Shown here: positions 16,873-24,576 of the stretch, piece by piece
Layout: each line of letters begins with the position of its first letter
Numbering within the stretch: the first letter of the stretch is position 1
From: Ignavibacteriaceae bacterium
Lineage (GTDB): Bacteria > Bacteroidota > Ignavibacteria > Ignavibacteriales > Ignavibacteriaceae
Direction: 5' to 3'
NCBI GenBank assembly: GCA_019912505.1
Contig: JAIOIM010000179.1
Coordinates: 1-24,576, forward strand
DNA: 24,576 bases
Program-made: the position numbers and the translations under genes
The notes under the pieces: generated by a model
Seen by the model: only the letters and a program-made list of their open reading frames with translations
What the model was told of the DNA's origin: nothing
Databases searched by the model: none

Positions 16873-16912
16873 GAATGTACAATTCACAATGTACATTGCG
16901 AATTGTACATTC
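16873..16912. repeat. 40-bp near-perfect palindrome built from head-to-head AATGTAC heptamers; possible bidirectional terminator
   Basis: GAATGTACAATTCACAATGTACATTGCGAATTGTACATTC, with one mismatch and no loop, lying between the convergent yciI and GH18 genes. Confidence 0.85.
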
Positions 16913-16921
16913 AAAGCATTG

Positions 16922-18673
16922 TTATTTTAATAGGATCATTTTGCGGGTTTTCGAAAAATTGTCCGATGTTAATGTATAAAAATAAATTCCGGAGACGAGT
17001 TTGCTGCCGTCAAACTTAACTGTGTGTTTACCGGATTCTAACAAACCGCTTACAAGTGTTGCAACTTCCTTACCGAGAACATTAAATACTTTTAAACTTA
17101 CAACAACTCCGCTTGTTGAAGAATGCGCGCTTTCTGTTTGAGGTACTGCAAAAGTTATTGTTGTTGTCGGGTTAAAAGGATTTGGAAAATTTTGAGCAAG
17201 AGAAAATTCAACCGGTGCGATGATAACAGTTACTTCTTCGGCAGAATAGTCTTTTTTATTCCCGTTAAAATCAATCTGAACTAATTTGTATTTATAACTT
17301 CCTTCGCCCAACGATTTATCAACAAAGCTGTAATAGTTTTTTTCTGATGATGTTCCGCTGCCTTTAACAAATCCTGCGAGAATATATTCTTCACTGTTTT
17401 CATATTTTCTGTAAACTTCAAATCCATAATTGTTTGTTTCGGTTGTTGTACTCCAGTTTAAGTTGACCTTGCTGCCATTTACAGAAGCGGTAAATGGATT
17501 TAATTCAACCGGCACATTGCTGTAAAATCTGTTAAACAATTCGTCCCAGTATTCCTGGCGGTCGCCATCGTATCCAAGCGCCCACATACCAACACCACGA
17601 TAATTTTTCGATTGTGCAAGTGCGTATTTTAATCCTAAACTCGAATCAGTATCGTACCAGATTTGATTCCACACTCCGCCCGACTGAAAACGATACCAGG
17701 GTGTTTTATGTGCGGCTGACCATAGCACGCCGTAAGTAGGTCCGTTAACAATATCATTTTTAAAACGTGTTGAACCTACGTATGAAATAACAGATGAACC
17801 CGCGTTTTGAGTTTCGGTAGTCCATTTAAGCCCGTAATAAGGAACACCAAGTATCAATTTATTTGCGTTGTTTGGAATAATACCGCCGTATTGCGTGTTA
17901 ACTGTATTTGTAATGTTTATACTTCCTCCTGTAAGCGGGGCACAAGGTCCGGTTGTTGTACTCCAACTTCCGTAAAAACTGTAGCCCATAATAAAAATGT
18001 AGTCGCAAGCATTTGCAAGACCGGGTAAATCCCATCCGCCCCAATTAACTGCGGGTCCGGCAAAAGAAATTTCTGCCTCAGGTCTTTGAGCTTTTATGTA
18101 TGTGCTTAAATCAGCCATAAACGAATTAATCAGTGCACCTCTATCGGCTGTATTCAAAGATTCAAAATCAACATTTACACCATCAAGACTATATGAGTTT
18201 AATCTGTTTAAAACATTACTGAAGAAATTTTGTTTTGCACTATTATTTGTTAATAAATTATGAATATCGCTTGCAGTAAAGTTTACAGCGGTTAAAATAA
18301 CCTTTACACCATTTTGATGAGCCGCGTTGATAACATCTGTCCAAGGCCAATAAGCAGGATTTGTTATATTTCCTGTGCTGCTTATTTCAAAATCGAAAGC
18401 AGAGATGTGAGTTAGTATATCATATCTTAAATAGTTTCTTGCTGTTTGATATTCCCAATCGGGTAAGTAACCATATATAGCAGTTCCGTTACGTCCAGAT
18501 TTATCAAATTGAAGCGGAACTATTCCTTCGCCGTTTGCCGGAAATTCTGAAGGCAGTTCATCCGTTATCCCGTATTGCAGGTTATCGAAATAGTGGATTG
18601 AGTTTAACTGTCCATACGCAGAAAAAGTTATGATCAAAAATAAAGCAGAAGTTATTAGAGTTTTTTTCATCAT
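16922..18673 (-). CDS. Secreted glycoside hydrolase family 18 protein with an FN3-like module and T9SS CTD
   Basis: Signal peptide; GH18 motifs LDGVNVDFE, FIMGY, LGVPYYG and GVGMWALG; NVPVELNPFTA module; AQNFPNPFNPTT...TRKMILLK CTD. Confidence 0.9.
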   Translation of the reverse strand: MMKKTLITSALFLIITFSAYGQLNSIHYFDNLQYGITDELPSEFPANGEGIVPLQFDKSGRNGTAIYGYLPDWEYQTARNYLRYDILTHISAFDFEISSTGNITNPAYWPWTDVINAAHQNGVKVILTAVNFTASDIHNLLTNNSAKQNFFSNVLNRLNSYSLDGVNVDFESLNTADRGALINSFMADLSTYIKAQRPEAEISFAGPAVNWGGWDLPGLANACDYIFIMGYSFYGSWSTTTGPCAPLTGGSINITNTVNTQYGGIIPNNANKLILGVPYYGLKWTTETQNAGSSVISYVGSTRFKNDIVNGPTYGVLWSAAHKTPWYRFQSGGVWNQIWYDTDSSLGLKYALAQSKNYRGVGMWALGYDGDRQEYWDELFNRFYSNVPVELNPFTASVNGSKVNLNWSTTTETNNYGFEVYRKYENSEEYILAGFVKGSGTSSEKNYYSFVDKSLGEGSYKYKLVQIDFNGNKKDYSAEEVTVIIAPVEFSLAQNFPNPFNPTTTITFAVPQTESAHSSTSGVVVSLKVFNVLGKEVATLVSGLLESGKHTVKFDGSKLVSGIYFYTLTSDNFSKTRKMILLK

Positions 18674-18919
18674 TAGCCAAAATTAAGTAAACAAAATATC
18701 TACTATTAAATTAAACAATCTTGGTTATTATTAAAATATTTTTCGGAAGTTTATGATGAATAGTTTTTCAATTGGCGGGGGAAATGTTTGGCATTAAAGT
18801 CATTCACTACAAACTACTAATTAACAAAACGCTTTAGAGCCAACTATTAAAGCCATACTATTCATAAATATTTTTTTTAAGTTTGTTTATGTTTTATACA
18901 GATTTTATGGAGCATAGCT

Positions 18920-20248
18920 ATGGATAATCTGCTAGCCGCCCGTTTTACGATGGGTCTTTCGCTCGCATTTCATATAATATTTGCGTGCATCGGGATGACG
19001 ATGCCATTTTTAATGGTTGTGTCTCACTGGATGTATTTAAAACGAAAAGATGAAACCTATCTTCGCTTAACAAAAACATGGAGCAAGGGAGTTGCAATAT
19101 TTTTTGCTATCGGTGCTGTCTCTGGCACTGCTTTATCGTTTGAACTTGGGTTGCTTTGGCCTGGGTTTATGAAACATGCCGGAGCAATAATCGGTATGCC
19201 ATTTAGCTGGGAAGGCACTGCGTTTTTTATTGAAGCAATTTGTCTCGGTTTATTTTTATATGGGTGGAATAAACTGAATCCGTATGTTCATTGGGCTGCG
19301 GGTTTAATGGTCGGCGTATCAGGTGTTTTATCCGGTGTCTTTGTAATTACGGCAAATGCGTGGATGAACTCACCAGCCGGATTCGATTGGGTAAACGGGC
19401 AGGCAATAAACATCGATCCATGGAAAGCTATGTTTAATGATGCATGGATAAGCCAAAGCTCACACATGATTATCGGCGCATTCGAAGCAACTGCATTTGC
19501 TGTTGCCGGACTTCATGCTATTTTATTATTAAAGCGAAAAAACAATTTGCTGCATAAACGTGCGATGATAATTGCTCTTGCAATAGGCAGCGTTGCCGCT
19601 GTGCTGCAACCGTTAAGCGGCGACTTTAGCGCAAAAGATGTTGCAAAAAGGCAGCCGATAAAACTTGCCGCAATGGAGGGTCAGTTTGAAACTGAAAAGG
19701 GGGCAGGTTTAACAATCGGAGGAATTCCAAATGAAGAAAAACGAATCACAGAATATGGAATAAAAATTCCGAAAGCGCTGAGTTTTTTAGCTTACGGCAA
19801 TTTTGAAGCAGAAGTAAAAGGATTAAACGATTTTCCAAAAGAAGAATGGCCTCCGGTAGCAACCACACATATTGCATTTCAGATAATGGTTGCTTCGGGT
19901 ACATTTCTTGCAGCCGCTGGAATTCTGTTCTGGATATTATGGTTAAAGAAAAAAGAATGGCTGCTGCATCGCAAATTTTTAATACTCGCAGCAGTCAGCG
20001 CACCGCTTGGGTTTATTGCGTTGGAAGCAGGCTGGATGGTTACCGAGGTTGGAAGGCAACCGTGGATAATTTATAAAATATTAACCACTGCCGAATCGGT
20101 TACGCCGGTTCCTGGACAAGTTTTCCATCTCCTTATTTTTATAATTAGTTATCTAATATTATCGTTCGTTGCAGTTTGGCTTATGAGAAGACAAATAAAA
20201 GCGCTTGATGAAAACATTACCGAAGAACAATTAAAGACGGCGGAGTAA
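18920..20248 (+). CDS. cydA: Cytochrome bd quinol oxidase subunit I (short Q-loop type)
   Basis: FHIIF (heme ligand His), EGTAFFIE, NAWMNSPAGF, SHM, QPIKLAAMEG, QIMV and EVGRQPW motifs. Confidence 0.95.
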   Translation: MDNLLAARFTMGLSLAFHIIFACIGMTMPFLMVVSHWMYLKRKDETYLRLTKTWSKGVAIFFAIGAVSGTALSFELGLLWPGFMKHAGAIIGMPFSWEGTAFFIEAICLGLFLYGWNKLNPYVHWAAGLMVGVSGVLSGVFVITANAWMNSPAGFDWVNGQAINIDPWKAMFNDAWISQSSHMIIGAFEATAFAVAGLHAILLLKRKNNLLHKRAMIIALAIGSVAAVLQPLSGDFSAKDVAKRQPIKLAAMEGQFETEKGAGLTIGGIPNEEKRITEYGIKIPKALSFLAYGNFEAEVKGLNDFPKEEWPPVATTHIAFQIMVASGTFLAAAGILFWILWLKKKEWLLHRKFLILAAVSAPLGFIALEAGWMVTEVGRQPWIIYKILTTAESVTPVPGQVFHLLIFIISYLILSFVAVWLMRRQIKALDENITEEQLKTAE

Positions 20249-20250
20249 TT

Positions 20251-21267
20251 ATGTTATATGTTGTAATAATTTTTTTGCTTGCATCGGTTTATCTTTATTG
20301 TCTCCTTGGCGGGGCGGATTTTGGCGCGGGCATCATCGAACTTTTTACTCGCGGTAAAAATAAAAAACTTACCCGTGCAGTTATTACAAAAGCAATAGCT
20401 CCTATTTGGGAAGCAAATCATATGTGGTTAATAATTACAATTGTAATTTTGTTTAACGCTTTCCCGGCAATTTATGCACAAATATCAATCACACTTTACA
20501 TTCCGTTGATTTTATTACTCGTTGGAATTATATTAAGAGGCACTGCGTTTACATTCAGGCATTACGATGCTATTAAAGACAATTCACAGGAAGTATACTC
20601 TCGTATTTTTGCCGTATCGAGTTTTATTGTTTCATTTTTTCTCGGTATGCTTATAGGCGCGGTTGTTTCTGGAAAAATGATGATGCACCCTACCGGGTTT
20701 TGGGAATCTTATCTGAATCCCTGGTTAAATTTATTTTCAATTTCCACGGGATTATTTATAACTACAATATTCGCGTTTACGGCGTCTGTCTTTTTGATTG
20801 GCGACAATAGCGATGAAATACTTATGCCGGAATTAATACGTAAATCAAAAATAAATTCATTAATTATGGTTACAGCGGGGGCGTTTGTTTTTCTTGCCTC
20901 TATTATAGAAGGTATAGGTTTCGATAGGAGTTTTATTTCAAATCCATTTAGCCTGACGTTTATTGCTTTAGCAACCATAGCGCTTCCATTGTTGTGGAAA
21001 GCAATTGAAACCAGAAAGATATGGCAGGCGCGCATTATAGCCGGTGCACAGCTTTTATTTATTATCTCGGCATTTTATTCTGTTTATTTTCCAAAGATTG
21101 TCATATTTAAGGATGCGGAAAGTTTAACCCTGTTTAATTCTGCCGCGCCTGCAGTTACAATAAATTTGTTAGCATGGGCGTTGCTGATCGGTTCTCTTTT
21201 AATATTTCCCGCGCTCTTCTACTTGCTGCGGGTATTTAAGAGGAAAGAAAACAATGACCCGCTTTAA
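20251..21267 (+). CDS. cydB: Cytochrome bd quinol oxidase subunit II
   Basis: GGADFGAG, PIWEANHMWL, FPAIYA and LRGTAF motifs; starts 2 nt after cydA. Confidence 0.95.
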   Translation: MLYVVIIFLLASVYLYCLLGGADFGAGIIELFTRGKNKKLTRAVITKAIAPIWEANHMWLIITIVILFNAFPAIYAQISITLYIPLILLLVGIILRGTAFTFRHYDAIKDNSQEVYSRIFAVSSFIVSFFLGMLIGAVVSGKMMMHPTGFWESYLNPWLNLFSISTGLFITTIFAFTASVFLIGDNSDEILMPELIRKSKINSLIMVTAGAFVFLASIIEGIGFDRSFISNPFSLTFIALATIALPLLWKAIETRKIWQARIIAGAQLLFIISAFYSVYFPKIVIFKDAESLTLFNSAAPAVTINLLAWALLIGSLLIFPALFYLLRVFKRKENNDPL

Positions 21268-21296
21268 CTGATTTTAATAAGAATCTATCATTGACT

Positions 21297-21325
21297 AAGC
21301 CGCATATATATTACTAATGCGGCTT
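21297..21325. terminator. Hairpin between convergent cydB and gldC; probable terminator
   Basis: 9-bp stem AAGCCGCAT/ATGCGGCTT with an 11-nt loop; only a short T run follows on the plus strand. Confidence 0.55.
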
Positions 21326-21416
21326 TGGGAAGTTCATTTATTGAACCCGTTTCAGATGACAGATCTTATGAAAATAAATTGTTTTGTGAAGAATTTATTA
21401 TCGTAAAAGTGACTGA

Positions 21417-21758
21417 CTAAGATTTTTCTTCTTCCGGTGTAACTTTTTCAAGAAAATCCGAGGCAAAGTCCTCAATCATTTTTGCAGCCTCATCATCTTT
21501 TGTCGACCGCCGGTATGTATCCGCCATCTTTAACATCATTTGATGAAAATGTTTTGACATATCATTTACCATCATTTCCTTTGTCCACAAATCAATGCCG
21601 AGTGTTACTTCTTCGTTTTTATCCCATAAAGAAAGCATTAAGGTTTTAGCTTCGAGTTGTCCTTCAAACCCGGAGTCTGTGGCTTCCCATAAAATTTTTT
21701 CGGGAAGTTTGTTGTCGTCAAGTTCAACGGTCAGTTTAATATCAGAAGTTCTTGCCAT
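21417..21758 (-). CDS. gldC: Gliding motility protein GldC family
   Basis: Recognised pattern IKLTVELDDNKLPEKILWEATD...LSLWD...IDLWTKEM...MADTYRRST. Confidence 0.85.
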   Translation of the reverse strand: MARTSDIKLTVELDDNKLPEKILWEATDSGFEGQLEAKTLMLSLWDKNEEVTLGIDLWTKEMMVNDMSKHFHQMMLKMADTYRRSTKDDEAAKMIEDFASDFLEKVTPEEEKS

Positions 21759-21804
21759 GGCTCATCACGTTTAGTTATTAATAAAACAAAGATAAAAAAA
21801 TAGA

Positions 21805-22161
21805 TCAGTATTCCTTATAAACCGCGAAACCTTTTTTTACGAGTTCATCATTGGCGTTCATATAAGTTCCGTTATCAAGCGGGCACCAAATTTCTGCAAG
21901 ATACCTGCCGTACTTTCCTTTTTTATCTTTTATTGTTTCTATAAACAACTCTTTTTTCCATACAAGCTGCTTCAGATAATCTCTTGAAATTTTCCCTTCA
22001 ACCTTTTGCGCCCCTCTTACCTCAGGGGCATTAATACGGTACAGTCTTAATTTTTCGCCTTTCAGCCAGGTATGAAGACCCAGATCAATATCAACAGTAA
22101 TGGTGTCTCCGTCATAAACTTTTGTTACAAATGCTTTGTAGCGGTACAATGTCGGTTCCAT
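21805..22161 (-). CDS. Thermonuclease (SNase-like) family protein without a signal peptide
   Basis: V.KVYDGDT, RLYRINAPE, KYGRYLA and NDELVKKGFA motifs. Confidence 0.88.
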   Translation of the reverse strand: MEPTLYRYKAFVTKVYDGDTITVDIDLGLHTWLKGEKLRLYRINAPEVRGAQKVEGKISRDYLKQLVWKKELFIETIKDKKGKYGRYLAEIWCPLDNGTYMNANDELVKKGFAVYKEY

Positions 22162-22226
22162 AATCAGCCTTTATTTTTGTTGATGTTAAATTTATCTTTA
22201 ACTATAATAGAACAAATAAAATTTAA

Positions 22227-22775
22227 ATGAAAAAAAGAAATACATCAATAGTTTTTGCAGTTTTTATTTTTAGCTGTGCATCGCTTTACGGACAAAGTTT
22301 TTTGAGCGCCGGCGCATCTCTCGGCGGTGGAACTATAAAAGGAAACTCCCCGGCTCAAACCAGTTATACTTCTTCCGTTTTTATAGAAACAGAAATGCCG
22401 TTTGTTCGCGATGCATCATTACGCATTAGTTTTTTATACGCCGCTGATATTAATTCGATATTACCCGATAACAGGATAATATACACACCTTCTATAAAAG
22501 GTATATCTTTAAAAACTATTGTACGGCAGCCTCTGCAAGACAAATTTTATCTTGAGGAAGGTATAGGAATACTGTTATTAAACGATAGAACCTTTAGCGA
22601 TACAAATGTATTAGACTTTGGAGCCGCAGCGTCATTCCTTGGCGGTATTGATTTTAGAAACGAAATTAATGTTAAAGGTTTTAGGTTTGGCGCCGGTGTG
22701 GAATATGGATTAACATTTACAAATACTCTGGCAGGTTATATCTCGTTTCACTTGCAGGGAGAGTATTGTTTTTAA
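22227..22775 (+). CDS. Small outer-membrane beta-barrel protein (hypothetical)
   Basis: Sec signal peptide, amphipathic alternating strands, and a C-terminal Y-x-F (GEYCF) typical of BAM substrates. Confidence 0.65.
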   Translation: MKKRNTSIVFAVFIFSCASLYGQSFLSAGASLGGGTIKGNSPAQTSYTSSVFIETEMPFVRDASLRISFLYAADINSILPDNRIIYTPSIKGISLKTIVRQPLQDKFYLEEGIGILLLNDRTFSDTNVLDFGAAASFLGGIDFRNEINVKGFRFGAGVEYGLTFTNTLAGYISFHLQGEYCF

Positions 22776-22810
22776 TTCCATCTTACTTCCCACACTGCGT
22801 TAGCAGTTAT

Positions 22811-22834
22811 AAAAAAAGCTGCCGTAGCAGCTTT
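22811..22834 (-). terminator. Rho-independent terminator of the DEAD-box gene (possibly bidirectional)
   Basis: Minus strand reads AAAGCTGC-TACG-GCAGCTTT-TTTT: a C(UACG)G tetraloop followed by a U-tract. A second small hairpin, ACTGC-GTTA-GCAGT, lies at 22794-22807. Confidence 0.85.
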
Positions 22835-22839
22835 AGATT

Positions 22840-24570
22840 TTAATATCTTCTTTTTTTCTCTTTCCGGTTTGGTTTATTTCCGGACGAATATTTCAAATCT
22901 CTCTTTTTAGAAGAGAAACTCCCTTTCTTTTTGCTTCTTCCTCTGTCGGATGATTTACCTTTGTTTGCTGCAATTTCGATAACAATTTCGCGTTTTTTAT
23001 AAACCTGACCCTGGAAGCTATTTAATATTACCTCTTGGTAATTACTATCGGCTTCAAAGAAAGAAAAATTGCGGAGGATTTCAATCTGCCCGATTTCTAT
23101 ATTTCTTATATCGGTATAGTCATTTATAAGCCCTATTAGGTTTTGCGGTTTTATGTTATCCATTGCCCCAAGGTTTATATAAAAGCGCGCAAACTCGGTG
23201 TCAGAGCGATTAAAACTACCCTTAGTATCGCCGCCGCCTTTTACATTTAGTTCGGGTGCGTTCTGGTAGTAATCCAGGAATCTATTGAACTCAACAGACA
23301 CGAATTTTTTTATTAACTCTTCCCGGTCTAACCATTCAAGTTTTTTTAATATCTGCGGAAGAAAGGCATTAATTTTTAAATCATCAACTTCCACTTTTTC
23401 CATTTTATCAATAAGGTGGAAGAGCTGTTTCTCGCAAATTTCTCTTCCGCCGGGTATCGGAAGAAAAGAAAACTTTTTGCCGAGTTTTTTTTCAATCTGC
23501 CCGATTTTATGTTTTTCTCTAACGCTCGAAATAATTATAGAAGTACCGGCTTTACCTGCCCGTCCGGTTCTTCCGCTGCGGTGGGTATAAATTTCAAGCT
23601 CTTCGGGTAAATTATAATTTATAATATGCGTAAGGTTATCTACATCAATGCCGCGTGCCGCTACATCTGTGGCAACAAGAAGTGAAATATTTTTAACACG
23701 GAACTTTGCCATAACTTTATCGCGCTGTATTTGCGTTAGGTCGCCGTGCAAAGGCTCAGCATTATAGCCATCCTTCATAAGCCATTCGGCAACTTCCTGC
23801 GTTTCCATTCTGGTGCGGCAAAAAATAATTCCATATATATCTGGGTGAAAATCGACTATCCGTTTTAAGGCAAGATAGCGGTCTTTTGCATTTACGAGGT
23901 GACAGATATGGTTTACATTTTCGGCACCCGCATTTCTTTTACCAACCGTAATTTCAATTGGTTCAGTCATATAATTTTTTGCAATTGAAGCTACTTCCCT
24001 CGGCATGGTTGCAGAAAACAATAACGTATTTTTTTCGCCGGGGGTTTCATTCAAAATGGATTCAAGGTCTTCCCTAAAACCCATATTAAGCATTTCATCT
24101 GCTTCATCGAGGACAACAGTTTTTATCTTATCAAGCTTTACAACTTTTCTGTTTATCATATCAAGAAGACGCCCGGGTGTAGCCGAAATAATATGAGCAC
24201 CTTTTTTAAGTAATTGTATTTGCCTGTCTATACTTGCACCGCCGAACACAGCGGCAATTCTTATATCTGTTTTATACTTGGCATAACCGGAAAGATCATC
24301 GGCTATTTGAAGACACAACTCGCGTGTTGGCGATAAAATTAAATATTGTGTCTGTTTTGTTTTGGTATCTACATTTTGGATTATCGGCAGACCGAATGCG
24401 GCTGTTTTACCCGTGCCGGTTTGTGCAAGAGCAACTATATCGCCGCACTCCGGGTTTAATAAATACGGTATTACTTCTTCTTGTACCGGCATAGGGGTTT
24501 CAAAACCCTGTTCCTTTATAGCCAGTAAAATTTTTTCTTCAATTCCTAACTCTTCAAATGTCCTAGACAT
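22840..24570 (-). CDS. deaD: DEAD-box RNA helicase, DeaD/CsdA-like, with a C-terminal DbpA-type RNA-binding domain
   Basis: Q motif, AQTGTGKT, PTRELCLQ, TPGRLLD, DEAD, SAT, ATDVAARGIDV and HRSGRTGRAG; C-terminal RFYINLG..D.IKP..L domain and a basic tail. Confidence 0.9.
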   Translation of the reverse strand: MSRTFEELGIEEKILLAIKEQGFETPMPVQEEVIPYLLNPECGDIVALAQTGTGKTAAFGLPIIQNVDTKTKQTQYLILSPTRELCLQIADDLSGYAKYKTDIRIAAVFGGASIDRQIQLLKKGAHIISATPGRLLDMINRKVVKLDKIKTVVLDEADEMLNMGFREDLESILNETPGEKNTLLFSATMPREVASIAKNYMTEPIEITVGKRNAGAENVNHICHLVNAKDRYLALKRIVDFHPDIYGIIFCRTRMETQEVAEWLMKDGYNAEPLHGDLTQIQRDKVMAKFRVKNISLLVATDVAARGIDVDNLTHIINYNLPEELEIYTHRSGRTGRAGKAGTSIIISSVREKHKIGQIEKKLGKKFSFLPIPGGREICEKQLFHLIDKMEKVEVDDLKINAFLPQILKKLEWLDREELIKKFVSVEFNRFLDYYQNAPELNVKGGGDTKGSFNRSDTEFARFYINLGAMDNIKPQNLIGLINDYTDIRNIEIGQIEILRNFSFFEADSNYQEVILNSFQGQVYKKREIVIEIAANKGKSSDRGRSKKKGSFSSKKRDLKYSSGNKPNRKEKKRRY

Positions 24571-24576
24571 ATATCC

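Noticed and set aside
695-16912. Heptamer arrays as CRISPR repeats
   Set aside because: There are no unique spacers, the unit is 7 bp, and no cas genes are present.
18808-18866. Weak 7-bp periodicity (ACTACAA ACTACTA ATTAACA) and an imperfect direct repeat (GCCAACTATT/GCCATACTATT) upstream of cydA
   Set aside because: Too degenerate to distinguish from AT-rich background. No FNR- or Rex-type palindrome was found there.
248-21267. Rnf and cytochrome bd in one window as a single respiratory island
   Set aside because: They are 11 kb apart, on opposite strands, and separated by unrelated genes. This is consistent with ordinary facultative metabolism rather than a linked system.
21268-21416. 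Small cydX/cydS subunit gene after cydB
   Set aside because: No suitable start codon or ORF was found, and short-Q-loop bd oxidases commonly lack CydX.
899-24494. Many short ORFs in the track antisense to, or overlapping, real genes (e.g. 899-1252, 1062-1424, 4577-4837, 13307-13666, 14647-14937, 20709-21035, 23285-23590)
   Set aside because: They are shadow frames of well-supported CDSs, with no recognisable motifs.

Overview
This is an AT-rich bacterial chromosomal window, most likely from Ignavibacteriota or another FCB-group lineage. That placement is inferred from two T9SS cargo proteins with 'PNPFNP' C-terminal sorting domains, a 'PVEL..FTA' module and gldC. Left third (minus strand): a complete Rnf operon in the order rnfC-D-G-E-A, then a Tat-signal NusG-domain-II protein, apbE, rnfB and rseC, preceded by a sigma-54-type promoter and a perfect operator-like palindrome. 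Middle: a 1498-aa multidomain T9SS surface protein that appears to carry a Cys-Gln thioester domain (TED), SdrD-B, a DUF11 domain with a choice-of-anchor A insertion, and an Asp-box propeller. It is followed by a zinc-ribbon/B-box/DUF2007 protein, an Uup-like ABC-F, a SpoIIAA-like protein, YciI and a T9SS GH18 hydrolase. Right: cydAB, gldC, an SNase-like nuclease, a small outer-membrane barrel and a DeaD-like helicase. No rRNA, tRNA, CRISPR array, integrase or transposase was seen. The most notable observations are (i) the putative covalent thioester adhesin secreted by T9SS, (ii) a dispersed AATGTAY heptamer repeat family, including a perfect 20-bp inverted pair flanking apbE-rnfB and a 40-bp palindrome, and (iii) a sigma-54-type Rnf operon with flavinylation accessory genes and an RnfB that has cleanly lost one Fe-S cluster. 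All family assignments come from reading motifs by eye; no database searches were run.
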